From assembly GCA_004431415.1 (NCBI GenBank), contig QPMI01000395.1, positions 372,001 to 436,000 of the forward strand: 64,000 bases of DNA. Reading direction: 5' to 3'. Made by a program: the position numbers and the translations under genes. Of this stretch, positions 1 to 12,486 are shown one piece after another; position 1 is the first letter of the stretch; each line of letters starts with the position of its first letter. Below the pieces are notes generated by a model. The model searched no databases and was not told the DNA's origin. It worked only from the letters and a program-made list of their open reading frames with translations. Source of the DNA: Cyanophora paradoxa CCMP329. Lineage: Eukaryota; Plantae; Glaucophyta.

Positions 1-1
1 C

Positions 2-3000
2 TCCAACGCCTCAGCGGAACGTGAAGCTCTCAACGCGCTGTCCAACACGGAGCGGCCGATCCTCATTGACTGCGGCGGCGGCATCTGCATCACCAGTCCG
101 GGCAACCCGCTCACGCCGCAAGGCGTCGCCGCCTGGCGAGACGACGCGCAGCGCGCAATCGACGGGGACACGAAGCGATACTCCGACGCCGACGACAGCT
201 CGAAGCTCGCACTCGCGGGGGCTACTCTGGCGGCCAAGGCGCTCCCGTCGCAGTACCAGGCCTCCATCCACGACATGATCAACCAGACGCGTCAGCTTAC
301 CCGTGACCTCGCCAAGGCCAAGGAGGAGCACCGCGACGCGGCTGACGCAGTCACTGACCATGTTCGGGAGAAGGGCCCGGACGTGGCGGACCGGTCTCGG
401 GACACGCGCGACACACGCCAACGGCTTTTGACTAAACGTGACACAATCAAGCGAACGATTCGGAACATCACCTACCAGCTCGAGAGCGACCACTGCATCC
501 GCGGACTCCCGTCACTTGTACGCTGGGTGGCCATCAACATTACGGAACAGGAGCGCTTCCGCACACAGACGGTCCTCCTTCAGGCTTACAACGGCTACCC
601 GCTCCCGGAGATGGTCAGCACCGTCGCCAAGATTCTTAGCTTCGTGGGGCGGGTCTAGTCTGCAAGCTGGAAGGCCAACCTACACCGATGGAGGTGTATG
701 ACGTTATCAAGAAAATGATCGCGGCCCGGGACCTGGAAAGTGGACGTTACCCCCTCGGTGACTACCAGCTCGCCAAGATGGATAACTTCAAACAGGCCCG
801 GAGGGCGGCAAAGGAAGTCAAGGATCTGGCGATGAAACACCAGCCGCCGGCTGCCTTGCTCAACGACGTGCAGGCGTGCAACGCTGCGGTAGCAAACTTC
901 TTACTTGAAGTCCCGTGGCTACTCCGTACCTTCCCGTGGAAAGACGTCTCCCGCCGCTCCACGACTGTCGCTCCGCCAGCCTCGGCCTCTTCCTCTTCCC
1001 GCTCCGTCGAGAAAACGACCGCCCGTGCCGCAAGCACGCGCGAACCGTTCGACTCCTTGACCTCCGTCTCCGACGAGCAGCTGGCCGCCCGTGCCGCGCG
1101 CACGCGCGACCAGCGCTCTCATGACCACGACGACGAGGAGGACGTCGACCACGAGCACACCAAGCCCCGCTCTTCACAGTCGTCCACGTCGTCGCACCAG
1201 CACCACCTCGGCTGCTGCGGCGGACAGTACGACAACATGTTCCGCGCAAACTCTGCCTCGGACCGTGTACTTCAGTTCCAGCTCGGCCAGATCTCGATGG
1301 CGCGTCTTCTCAACGAATCGCAGGGCACGGAATTTGAAACTCCGACGACGGACACGATGGCTTACGGTGACGCCGACGAGACCGAATACCCGTTCAATTA
1401 CGCCGACATCGGTTACGTCTACCAGAATGCGACGGCCCCGCAGACCGCCCCTCTCTACCAGGCGACGGCTCCCCCACCCGCTGGCTCGAGCGCGAACTCG
1501 ACCCGGCCTCAGACACGGCCCTCCGATCATAACTTCAACCTGCCTCGCCTGCAGACGAAGACGGATCTCCTCGCCGGCCTCAACATCCTTCGCCCCGACA
1601 AGCCCGTCCGTCCTAACGGTGCACGCTGGCTCTGTGAACGCTGCGTGAGGGCTGGCCTCCCAGAGGACGCCTGCTGGCATTTTGGCGACGATTACCTCCT
1701 CTGCACGACCCACTGGTACCGGTCGGAGCTGCGCAACTTGCCCACCTCCGACCCCATCGTCGCCCAACTCCACCGTACCCTCGGCTTGACCCCGTCCACC
1801 TCGACGCCGACGGGCGTCCCGACCGCTGCGCTACGGACTAAACAGCCTGGCGCTTGCTACCTTTGCGGGGCCTACGGACACTTGGCGGCACACTGCGAGT
1901 GGGTCGACAGGTGTCTCCGCTGCGGACAAAAGGGCCACATCATGAAAGACTGCCCCAACCCGAACGGCGGCGGCCCGGGAGACCGCGGCGCTGGACGCGG
2001 TGGCCCCGGAGGCGGTCGTGGCGCCCCTGGAGGCGGCCGCGGCGGCTCTGGTGGTGGCTACGGTGGCGGACGAGGAGGTGGTGGTGGCGGCGGCCGCGGC
2101 GGCGCTCCGACGCAGCCCCAGGGCGTCCCCTTCCAGGCCACGACCCGCGCCTCGCGCCCGCCGGTGACGATGGGCATCTCCTACACGGCCTGCCCCCCGC
2201 CGCCCGTCGCTCCCCTCGACGACGCGCCCATACCCGACGCCCCGACTGCGCCGTCGCACGACGACGCTGCAGCCTCGGCCTCGCAGTCGGATCTCGTCTC
2301 CTCCTCGACCAACTCCGCGCCGTCGCACGCCGACGCCGCGACCCCAACCCTCCCGACGGCAGTGCCCTCGCGCGTCGAGGCTGCAGCCGCCGTTCCTGCC
2401 CTCCCCGTCGCTGCCACCCGCGTGCCGTCGCACGACGACGCCACCACGGGCACGACTGCGATTACTACGACACAGGCCCCCGCTCCCGCCTCCTCTACGA
2501 GCACTCCCTCGACCGTCGGGACCTCAGGACCTCTGACACCGTCGCGCGCCGACGCTGCCACGACTCCTACGGTCCCTGCTGCCTCGACCCGCTTCATCCC
2601 GCCCGCCGCCAAGTCAACCGCACCGTCGCCCGTCGACGCTGCGCGGACGACTCCCGGCCTCAAGACGTCCAAGGAGCTTGCACTCGAGGTGAAAGCACGG
2701 CTCAAGGCGGCGCAGGTCCGGATCCAGGAGCAGGCTCATTGGGCGGCGGAGCGTGCCCTGGGCACCCACGGCTCCAACGTTGCGGCGGTCCGCGTCTGCC
2801 CCGTCAACGTCACTACCGGCGGCCGCTCCCCTCCCCGTCCCCGCTCCGCCCTCAACATCGAGCGCGAGGCGCGCGCGGTGCTTGCTGCAACGCAGGCGAT
2901 GGTCATGGGCTCGACGTCTGCACCCCAGCAGCCCGCTACTTCCAGCAATGCAAGCGGCGCGCCGGCTTCTTCGACCGCTCCGACGGCCGGCCCTCTCACG

Positions 3001-4492
3001 CCGGAGCCTGCGCCGTCTAACGTCGACCGCGACCACATTACGCCGGCGCTCCAAGTGTACGGAGCACCCGTTCCCGGCGCGGAGGACGTTGCGCGCCCGT
3101 ACCTCGAGCTCCTCGCCTACGCTGCACACGCCAAGCGGCAGGACAATATCAACTACCGTGCCGACGTCGTCAGCTCTGCTCACTACCCGACGGGCTTCCC
3201 GGGAGGCGACTTCCGCACGGTTACGTTCGAGGCCCTCCTCATCGTTCCTGTGCAGGGCAAGACGTTGGCGATCGCTGCTCCCAGGGGACCCGCCCTCTGC
3301 TCGCGGCAAGCCGGCAAGCGGCCGCGCGGTTACACTTACGACTCGCGAGTCGCCGGCGAGACTTCGTCGTACTTCATCAAGCCGCACCACAACTTCCGCC
3401 CCTGCTTCATGCAGGCGCAGGACGACGTGACGGACTTGTATGCGGTTGACCTCCGCGCGGACAGCTCCTCCGTCAAGAGCTTGGCCCCGTATTTGAAGGA
3501 GTTCTGCCCTCACTGCGAGCAGTTCCCGGCCAAGCGGAGGGGCTCGGGGCCGTTGGAACCGGTGGAGTTGCACGTTGTGCGAGCGCGGCTTCACGAACCG
3601 CCGGCGTACCTCCAGACGGCTCACCGCTTCATGCTGGACGAGCTCTCCCGCCTTCCTCTCACTGCGCCTCCTAACACTCCGGAGCACCGCCCCTACTTCC
3701 TCTTCGTCGCGGGCCCCATCACTGTGACTGCTCGCGCACCGGGCGACCTCGGCAAAGTGCCGCGCCCGCTGCCGCCGGCAAGCAACAGGAACCCGACTGT
3801 ACCGCTTCGCACGCAAGGCGCTGCTAGTCACCCGTACTACACGGTCCTGATGGCGGCCGGCCCGGACCTCCCCGACGGCAAGGCAACCCGCAGGGCTTAC
3901 CAGAAGGCTTTCGCGGCCGTCGTGGATGGTACGGCGACGAAGGAGCAGCAGGACGCGGTACTCCGCGAGGGCGTTCGGCAGCGTCCGCACACCAACTGGC
4001 ACCTGGCCCACGCCTCGAGCTCCAAGACCTCGGGGACTCCGTCGTCTTCGTCGACGCCCTCCCGCCCGACTGCGACCACGGCCGCGCAGCCGTCGTCACA
4101 CGCGCAGCCTACGCCGCCCGCGCAGCCGTCTTCGTCCACGGCCACGCAGCCGTCGACGTCGTCAGCCCCACATGCGACACGGACCTCGACCGACGCCCCG
4201 TCCGACGAGATGGCGTTTCCGGCGTGCACGCAGAGCGCGTTCGCCCGGACGTACGCAGACCTGTACACCCTGCAGCTCCGCCGCAGGGGCGACATCCGCT
4301 TCGACAGCTGGTCCACGGTGGTGCAGGACATCATCGCGTACCTGAAGACTGAGACGCCGCCCCGCCCGAAGCTCGCTCTGGGGGTCGCAATGCACCTTAC
4401 GGACACGCCCTCCTTCACTCACTTGCCGGCGTTGGATCCCGCTGCTCTCTCGCGCGAGTTCGGCCTCAGCCCCATCCCCGTCTACACCCCCC
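2..4492 (+). pseudogene. Gag-like N-terminal part of the polyprotein with two CCHC zinc knuckles
   Basis: Frame 2 is open from base 2 to about 650. One extra G in the G-run near 645 would join it to ORF 688 (FVGAGLVCKLEGQPTPMEVYD). CYLCGAYGHLAAHC and CLRCGQKGHIMKDC at 1855-1953, followed by an RGG-rich tract. Confidence 0.8.
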
Positions 4493-7400
4493 GCCTTCCC
4501 CGCTGCCGCGGCTCCGACGCGATCGGACCCGCCGAGCGCCGCGGTGCCAACAACGACGACGACGACGAACCAGCGTCCCACTGGTCCGCCGCACATCACG
4601 GAGCCCTGGCCGCCTCTGGAGGTACTTGGTACGGCGTTGACTCCGACGTCTGCGAACCCGCCGATCGCAGCAACGCTGGCCACGATACCCTCAACGCCGG
4701 CGCCCCCGCCCGCACTCTCCGACTCGACAATGGTGACGTTCCGCAACACCAGCCGCGCTTGCCTCACGCAGTCAAACGCTCGGGAGCAGGAGCAGCTCTT
4801 CCAGTTGGCGGCGGCGACGCTTTGCGCCCGCTTTCGTGCGGCGGGGTCCGTCCTCTACAACGCGCACGGCGGCGACGAGATCTTCAACAAGATGACGCTG
4901 CTGGACTTGTGCTTCTCTCCGGGAACGCGGGCTTTCTACCTTCGCTTCGCTCCGCACGAGCTTCGCAGCCCCGTCCCTTGCCCAGCCCCCTACACGCCGA
5001 GCGCACGCGGGGGACTGCCGATCAAGCACACTCACTCGTACCATGTCGTCGTCATTCACCCGCGCCTGCTTCATGACGCCCAGGGCACCATCGTGGGCAC
5101 CTGCTGGGAGCTGATTTCTGGCTGCGGCGTCTGCGGCGCTTTCCCGGGCACCTTCTCCTCCCTGATGACCAGCGGCAGAGGAGTCGACAATGACACGGGC
5201 GCGACGTACACGGCTCGCATCCCTCTCCAGACGACGGTGTCACGGACAGAACCGCCCTTCTGCCGCCAGGTTCCTCCGGCCATGTGCGACCTGCTTCATC
5301 GCATCTACTGCAACCTCGCCGTCTACGCTCCCCAGCTCGCCGATCTACGCGAGGCAGTCTTCCCTTCTCTGGCCGATGAGTACATCAACATCCCCCTCGC
5401 CGACACGTCCACGTTCTCGGTCACGGACCCGCCACGCCCGACGAGCTGGACCAAGTCCGTCAGGCCGGGCGACGAGTACGGTCTCCTTCGCTCTGCCAGG
5501 TTGGATGCTGGGGCGCCCGCAGCCTACTCTCACATTCAACCGGCGTACGGAATGGACATCTCAGCTGTACCGTGGACTCAGGTGGGGCAGTGCGACGTCA
5601 CGGGAACGTTCACACGAACGGATCCGGTACAGCCTCCGAACCTCGACAACCTCCAGCGGATCTGGAACCCTCAGTCCCTCCCCGCACTGGGCACGGGCTA
5701 CATGGAAGACTACCCTCCCCACGTCCTCCTTCGCGTGCTTCTGCTGATGGCGCCGGCGCACCGCGAACAAGTGTGCACGGCCTTCAAACTGTCGGAGCTG
5801 GAGGTGGAGCGGGCGATCATTCAGTTCGCCAACGATGATCCTCTCCCGTTCTTCGACGACATCGTGCCGCATGCGAACGAGCGCATCATGACGCTCATGC
5901 AGCTCACCGCCCTCCGCACGGCGGACGAGGAGACGGACCAGCGGCGGAGGAACGAGGAGTACCGCCGGCGCGCCCAGGACCGCGACGAGGAGTCGCCAAG
6001 TGACCACGACGAGCCAGCTGGAACGCCGACGGGCTCGGCTGCTGTCTCGTTAACCCGCCCTGCAAGCGACGGCTTGGACGATGCCATCCCGGCTGCAGGC
6101 GGCTCGTGGCGCCCACCGTCCGCGCGCCCGCGCGGGACGATGCCTTCGGACCAGCTGCCCACCGCACCCTCGGCCGCGCCGCCGACGGTACAGGTTGCAG
6201 TCGCAACTCCGAAGCCCGCGACGTATCCCCCCACGCCCTCGGCCGTGCAGCCGAAGGCGCCGGCTATGACTCCAGCCCCGTCGGTGACAACGTCCGCTGT
6301 CGCACCCTCGGCCGCGATGCCGACGGCGCCGACAGTCATGACGCCGACCGCGGGACCCTCGACCACGACGCCGACGGCCCCGGAGGAGGCTGAGGACACG
6401 GACACGTCGTTCAGCAAGGAGCTCTGCGCGCGGCTTCACATCGCACCCGACGAGCACGGCAGACTTCACCCGCCTCCCGACGTTCGCGAGATCCCCGCCC
6501 ACACATTCTCCCTTGCCCCAGGCTGCGCGATCTACTGGCCAGGCGAGCAATCGTACATGCTCATGACGACGGCGCTGGACAACGCAGACCTGTACTCGGA
6601 CGAGCGCCCCGTCGCGTGGTGCCCCGCCTCTTATGACGCGGTGGGCATCGCAAACACGGGCGTGTTCCAGAACAACCTTGCACGTCGGATCGGCAGGCGC
6701 CCGCTGAACGACGATGACATGGCCCGTTTCAAGGACGAGAAGCGCCCGATCCCGCTCACGTACAAGGTCACTCGCGAGGCGCAGGCCGCACAGTTGCTGC
6801 ATCACATTCCCCGCTTCCGCTCAGCAGTCTACCTTGTCGCCTGTCTGGCCTACGACAGCACCCCGGCGGAGCTCGTGACTCTACGTGACCTGACTTCGTC
6901 GGTTCCCTTCCTTGAGTTCCTCGGCCTCAGCGCAACCGACGCGAGCATCGCAAGCTACACGACGGACTCGGTGGCTACCGCGATCCTTTCCTCAGTGATC
7001 GACACGGCCCGGGCCTACAAGACGGCGCTGGACGCTCGCAAAGGCGAGGGGACCATGACTTCACCGCTGCACCACCACTCCACACTGCGCGCAGTCACGG
7101 CGCAAGGCGACACGCATGCTGTACGCGTTCGACTGTTCCACCAGTCTCTTCGAGAATTGCACAGGCTCCCTCCCGCGCTGGAGGCAGAAGAAGGGCAAGT
7201 CCTCATCGATTACGTCGACTCGAAGCTACGGCACACGGCTGCGCTGATACCTCGCGTCCCTGTCTATCTCCGGGCCAGGGCACTCGCTCAGGGCACGCTG
7301 CTGGCAAGCGTCGCCAGTTCTACAGACAACACCTCTCTCTGTAAGACCTTCTGCGAACCGCAACCGCTTCTGATCGAGAACATGGTCACCCCGCGGGCTT

Positions 7401-7549
7401 ACATCATCAGCGTGATAATCGAGCAGTCCGAGTACATGCTTCGGGCGCTGAAGCTCACGACGGACACTTTCCGAAGCCTTGTGCACAAACAAGCGAGATG
7501 CTTCGCCAAAGTTCTTGATCCTTGCGACCTTCTCAAGTACACGAACTAG
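4493..7549 (+). pseudogene. Uncharacterised ~1000-aa polyprotein segment in frame with RT
   Basis: ORF 4544-7549 (frame open from 4346). Reading through TAG 7547-7549 continues in frame as IRLLPGVNPKRLPLYTVPRRPSPPAEKADKAGYGSPVVLAPKKDGTMRFCVDYRQLN, the RT N-terminus. Confidence 0.75.
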
Positions 7550-8755
7550 ATTCGTCTACTGCCAGGTGTCAACCCCAAGCGGCTGCCCCTCTATACAGTC
7601 CCTCGGCGGCCCTCTCCCCCGGCGGAGAAGGCGGACAAGGCTGGATATGGCAGTCCCGTGGTGCTGGCGCCCAAGAAGGACGGCACGATGCGCTTCTGCG
7701 TCGACTACCGACAGCTCAACAACTTGATCGAAGGCGACGTCTTCCCGCTTCCCCGCATTGACGATCAACTCGAACATCTGCGTCGGTGATTGCCTGAGCG
7801 GATTTTGGCAACTCGGCCTCGAAGAAGCCTCTCGTGCCTACACCACCTTTCTCCTGCCATGGGGAGCCTGGAAATGGGTGTGCACCCCCTTCGGACTCAA
7901 GTCTGCTCCGTCAGCATTCTGTCGGGCGGTCAGTTCAGTGCTCGGGGACCTCCTCTCCACGTGTGTTGTGGCCTACGTTGACGACTTGACTCTGCACTCG
8001 CCAACGGTGGCTCAGCACCTCATCGATCTCGAGGCCTTCTTCGCGGCGCTCGCTCGGGGCAACCTCAAGCTGAAACCGAGCAAGTGTCACTTCATGGTAG
8101 GCGAGATCGACCTTCTAGGCCACCGTGTCAGCGCGCAAGGCGTTCGTATGGACACGAAGAAGGTGGAGGTGATCTCCAAGATTACCGAACACGAGCTGCA
8201 GACCGTCGAGCACATGCGCAGCTTCCTCGGCATGACGGGCTTCTACAGGCGCTTCATCCGCAACTACACGCGACGCGAGCTTCCGCTCCGTGACCTGATT
8301 CACGCAGCGAAACTAGCGGACACGACGCAGCTTCAGTGGACGCCAGAAGCCAGCGACGCACTCGCAGACCTCAAGAAGGTCATGTGCGACGACATCGTGC
8401 TCATGCTCCCCGACTTTTCCAAGCCGTTCATCATCTACACGGATTGGAGCCTGCGAGCAAAGGGCGCGGCGCTCATGCAGACCGACTCTGACGGTCGAGA
8501 ACAACCAATCGCCTTCATCAGCCGAACCCTGACAGCCACGGAGGCGAGGTACAGCTCCCTGACGGAAGGCGAGTGCATCGCGGTTATGTGGGCCGTCAAG
8601 ACGTGGCGACATTACTTTGACTGCGGGCACCCGTTTACCATCCGCACGGACCACTTGCCGCTTCACGCGCGGCGCTCGTCATGCAAGGCTTCAACTACAC
8701 GATCGAGTACAGGCCGGGCTCGACCAACGTTGTCGCCAACTTCGAGTCGCGCATG
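7550..8755 (+). pseudogene. Gypsy reverse transcriptase and RNase H, disrupted
   Basis: SPVVLAPKKDG-RFCVDYRQLN, PFGLKSAP, YVDD (7974-7985), FLGMTGFYRRFI, YTDWS...PIAFISR...ECIAVMWAV...TDH, IEYRPG-N-VANFESR. Short deletions or frameshifts at about 7630, 7780 and 8665. Confidence 0.92.
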
Positions 8756-9849
8756 GCTCTCACGCATCCGATCTACGAGTCTGGGGCGGCGGACGGATCG
8801 GACCTCACTACCGACTTGCCCAATGGGGCTCACGGACACTCGGTACCCCGCAGCGACGATCCCGACGACCCGACGGAGATCTACGGCACGCTCGTCCCCG
8901 TGACGACCGAGCCTACGACATCCATCGCGGCCGCCGGCCTCGACGGACGTGCATGGGCACCACCAGCACCTGGAACAAAGCGACGCCGACCAGTGACATT
9001 GGCCGAGCCTCGTAGCTCGCCCAACTCGCCACCACAGCGCGCTCGCCGCGATCCAGAGGAGCAGGTGACGGAAGACACCGAGGACGTGACTTCGGAGGTG
9101 GATCCCGTGGAGTTCTCCGACGCTGATTACGACGAACTCTCGTCTGAGGAACAGCGGAGCTCGCCCTTGCGCGCTGAGACCGACCTCCCTGGACGGACGG
9201 GATTTCACTCTGAGGAACAGCGGAGCTCGCCCGCGCACGGCAACACCACGCGCGACGGGACTCGCGACTCAGGAGATCGAGGGAGGGGGAGGGGTACACT
9301 GCGCGGGCGACCTCGTGGACGACCGCGTGGACGACCTTGCCTGCACCCCCCCAGAAACCACCCTTCAGCAACCGAGCCTTGCAAGCCGGTGCTGCCTGAC
9401 GCGGATCCGATCGGGAACCTTCTCCCACCTCCCCAACTCCCCGGCGGCATTCAGCTTGAGATCGAAAACTACTGGCGGCAGGAGGCGCAACGCCATCTTG
9501 ACGGACGCCAACACGAACTCGCCCTGCCGGAGCCCGACGGCAAGGCTGATCATGACCCACCGCGCTCGCCAAACAGCTCGGTTGGGGAACCGATGGACGT
9601 GCTCGACGAGGCTCTCCTCCCGATACCGACTCCACCGGAGACGCTGGGCAACGAACGCGAACTTCCACCTGCGGAACCGTTCACGACGGACGGCGTCGCT
9701 CCGTTGGATGACCGTACTGGCGGGCGCAACGCCCCGAAGCCGGTCTACTTGCCGCCAGAGACCATTGTCGCCGACTGCTGGATGCAGGGGCCTCAGCCGC
9801 TGGTTGAAGTCCCTGTACCACCTGCTCTACAGCCTCTGACGGTTGACGG

Positions 9850-11479
9850 AGCCTCTATGGTGGAAGATCAGAAGACGGACCTGCTCTGTCAGATGATCAT
9901 CGCGTTCGAGCTTCGGAAGGACAACCTTGCTCGTTGCTACGCTCATACTCACGGTGCTGACGCCCTGAACCGCGACCCCGACGTCTACAAGACCTGCTTT
10001 GGCTGCGGGCAGGCGCGGGAACGCTTTGCGAAGGAGGCGGGACGCTACTGCCTCTCTCGCTCCGGCGTGGTCCTCCGCGCTCCCCTCTTCCCAAGGATGG
10101 GCTCGCCGGTGGTAGTGCCCCAGCGCTGGAGAGCTGCAGTGATGGAAGCGTATCACGATGACTGGGCTCACCGAGGCGCGTCCATCGTCGCCCGGCACAT
10201 CGCGACTCGCTTCTGGTGGCCTGGCATGACGAACATGGTGCACCGCTACGTCCGTACCTGTCATCACTGCCAGTTGGCGAAGGCCAAGCACCGGCCTCGA
10301 GTGCAGCACATGATCATCGAATCGCGGCACCCTGGCGACCTTCGCCAAGCTGATCTCTGCCCGATGCCTCACGCCAAAGATGCCCCTCACCGCTTCACGC
10401 AAGTGCTGATCGACATCGACGCGTACACCAAGTATCCGGAAATCATCATGCTCACGGAGGCCGACGGCACGGCCATGGAATGGGCCGCGCAGAGTATCCA
10501 GTCCTCGAACGGCACGCCCAAACGTTATCTCACTGACAACGGTACGGTTTTCAAGCCGAACACTCCTTGGGGCAAGTTTTGGACCAAGCAGGGCGTACGG
10601 CTCATCTACACCGGGGTCTCTCATCAGTCGACCAACGGCGGTGCCGAACGACTAGTTGGGGTGTACAAGCGACTTATCTTCGCGCTCTGCGCCGAGGACA
10701 AGCATGACAACGTCTACTGGCCGTATTACCACTACCGTGTGTTCTTCGCGCTGCGCACTACGATCCACGCGGCAACCGGCTTCTCTCCGGCTACGCTTCA
10801 CCACAGGCGCGAGCTGGTGCTACCCGGGGACCTCCGTTTGGATCTTGTTCAGCGTGAACCCTTCGGCGAGCCTTACACGTACGCGGAGTACGCGCTGGCT
10901 GTCGCGCGGGCGGCTTCAAGTGTCGCCGAGGCGGTCAAGGCCCATCGGAAGATGTACAATCACAAGCTCCTTCGCTACGGCACCGGCAACGAACCTCGTC
11001 AGATTTTCGTACCGGGTGACAAGGTGCTCTGCTGGAGCGAAAGCGCGAAGGCGACCAACGTCATGAAGCATGGCACTCGCAACGGCTGGACCGGCCCGTA
11101 CGTGGTCGTGGGGATCTTCTCTCGCGGCTACCTCTACACCGTACGCGGCGACCCGTCGTCTCGAATGCATCGTTCGACGGACGTTGTGGTGCACGTCGAC
11201 AACATCATTCCGTACTATGACCGCCCCGATAACTTTGCCGAGGATCCGAAGCCTGGCCGGCCTTGACGGCAAGCCCCTGAACCCGTTCCCCCGCCTCCGG
11301 TGCATCTGGACGCGGATGGTAACCAGCAGATGGAGGATCCGCCGATCCTGCATGACGACGATCCTCATTCGGAGGGCCGCCCGGCTGAGGAGGACAGCGA
11401 CGCCGACTCCGTGGAGTCTGAGCAGGAGGAGAGCGTACAGCTCCATGTTGTAGGCTGGCCGAAGCACGACTTCGCCTAA
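9850..11479 (+). pseudogene. Gypsy integrase (HHCC, DDE core, GPY motif) with acidic tail
   Basis: YHDDWAHRG...FWWPGM...CHHC, ADL...DAYTKY...TDNG...NGGAER, WTGPY. Frame continues past TGA 11264-11266 to TAA 11477-11479. Confidence 0.9.
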
Positions 11480-11638
11480 CTATTGCGATGGGGTTGGTGG
11501 CGTTCGCTTCTATGACGGACGCGGAGCTTGGGCTCCCGAGCTTCACCTGAGTAACCTTGGTGGTCGATGCAATGACTGTGAGGGCTGCTGCACCAGCAGT
11601 GGACCCTGAGGGCTGCCGCACCAGCGGCAGGCTCTGTT

Positions 11639-11862
11639 GATGGCTGGCCGCTGCTCATCGCAGCGGGGGGCCACTGCACCCGGCAGTGGGCCCTGATGGT
11701 TGGCCGCTGCTCATCGCAGCGGAGGGCCACTGCACCCGGCAGTGGGCCCTGATGGTTGGCCGCTGCTCATCGCAGCGGAGGGCCACTGCACCCGGCAGTG
11801 GGCCCTGATGGTTGGCCGCTGCTCATCGCAGCGGAGGGCCACTGCACCCGGCAGTGGGCCCT
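11639..11862. repeat. Four tandem 56-bp units, each with two hairpins
   Basis: Unit gatggttggccgctgctcatcgcagcggagggccactgcacccggcagtgggccct starting at 11639, 11695, 11751 and 11807. Confidence 0.95.
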
Positions 11863-12486
11863 ACAGTGGTGGTTGGCTGGCCGTCGCTCCAGCGACGGAG
11901 GGTCCTCATCGGACCTACCCCCAGTTTTCCCGTTGCTCAACCGGAGCAGCGGGCTGGGAACCTTTTCTTGTAGCTGTTCCGTTCAGTGTGTCCGACCCGC
12001 GTTGGTCGCACACCTCCTGAATTGCTCCCCTTCCTTGGGCGCTGATTGGGTTGCACAGTTGAAGCCGCGGGCTGATCACCCGTTCGGCTCTGGACCCTGC
12101 CAGGCTGCCACTTCCTGCTATCACCCTCTACGTCCCTTGGCCGGCCCCTTCCGGCTGCTTCCTGGCCTCCCTTGGGCGGCACGAGGACGTGCCGACGAGG
12201 AACACGCGGAGCTATTGCCTCACGGCTTTATGCCGTCAGGAGCCGGCGCCCCGAGTCCTGTTACTCGCGGTGCTTGGCCTTAGTCTCTGCAGCGTTCTCT
12301 TTGAGTGCACCGATTGGACCCCCACTACTTTTCATGTACCCCTCCCGGGCTCAGACCCCGGGTGACACACTTGTACCCTGCACCTGTTCACGACACACCA
12401 GCTCTGCCCGCTTGCGCTGCCAGCTTGCCTACGCTGCGCAGCACGCACGAGCATGTTCAGCTGTACCGGAAACCTGGTCCTTCTGA

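Noticed and set aside
4454-4460. Ty3 +1 frameshift heptamer GCGAGTT
   Set aside because: GCG-AGT lies in the downstream frame, not the upstream frame needed for shifting.
4493-5076. C-terminus of the 1462-aa ORF as real protein
   Set aside because: It overlaps the more protein-like frame-2 ORF; probably run-on after a frameshift.
11639-11862. CRISPR array or hammerhead ribozyme
   Set aside because: Units are essentially identical with no unique spacers and no cas genes; no CUGAUGA/GAAA core on either strand.
12476-12484. Primer-binding site TGGTCCTTC
   Set aside because: Only 9 nt and at the wrong end of the element.
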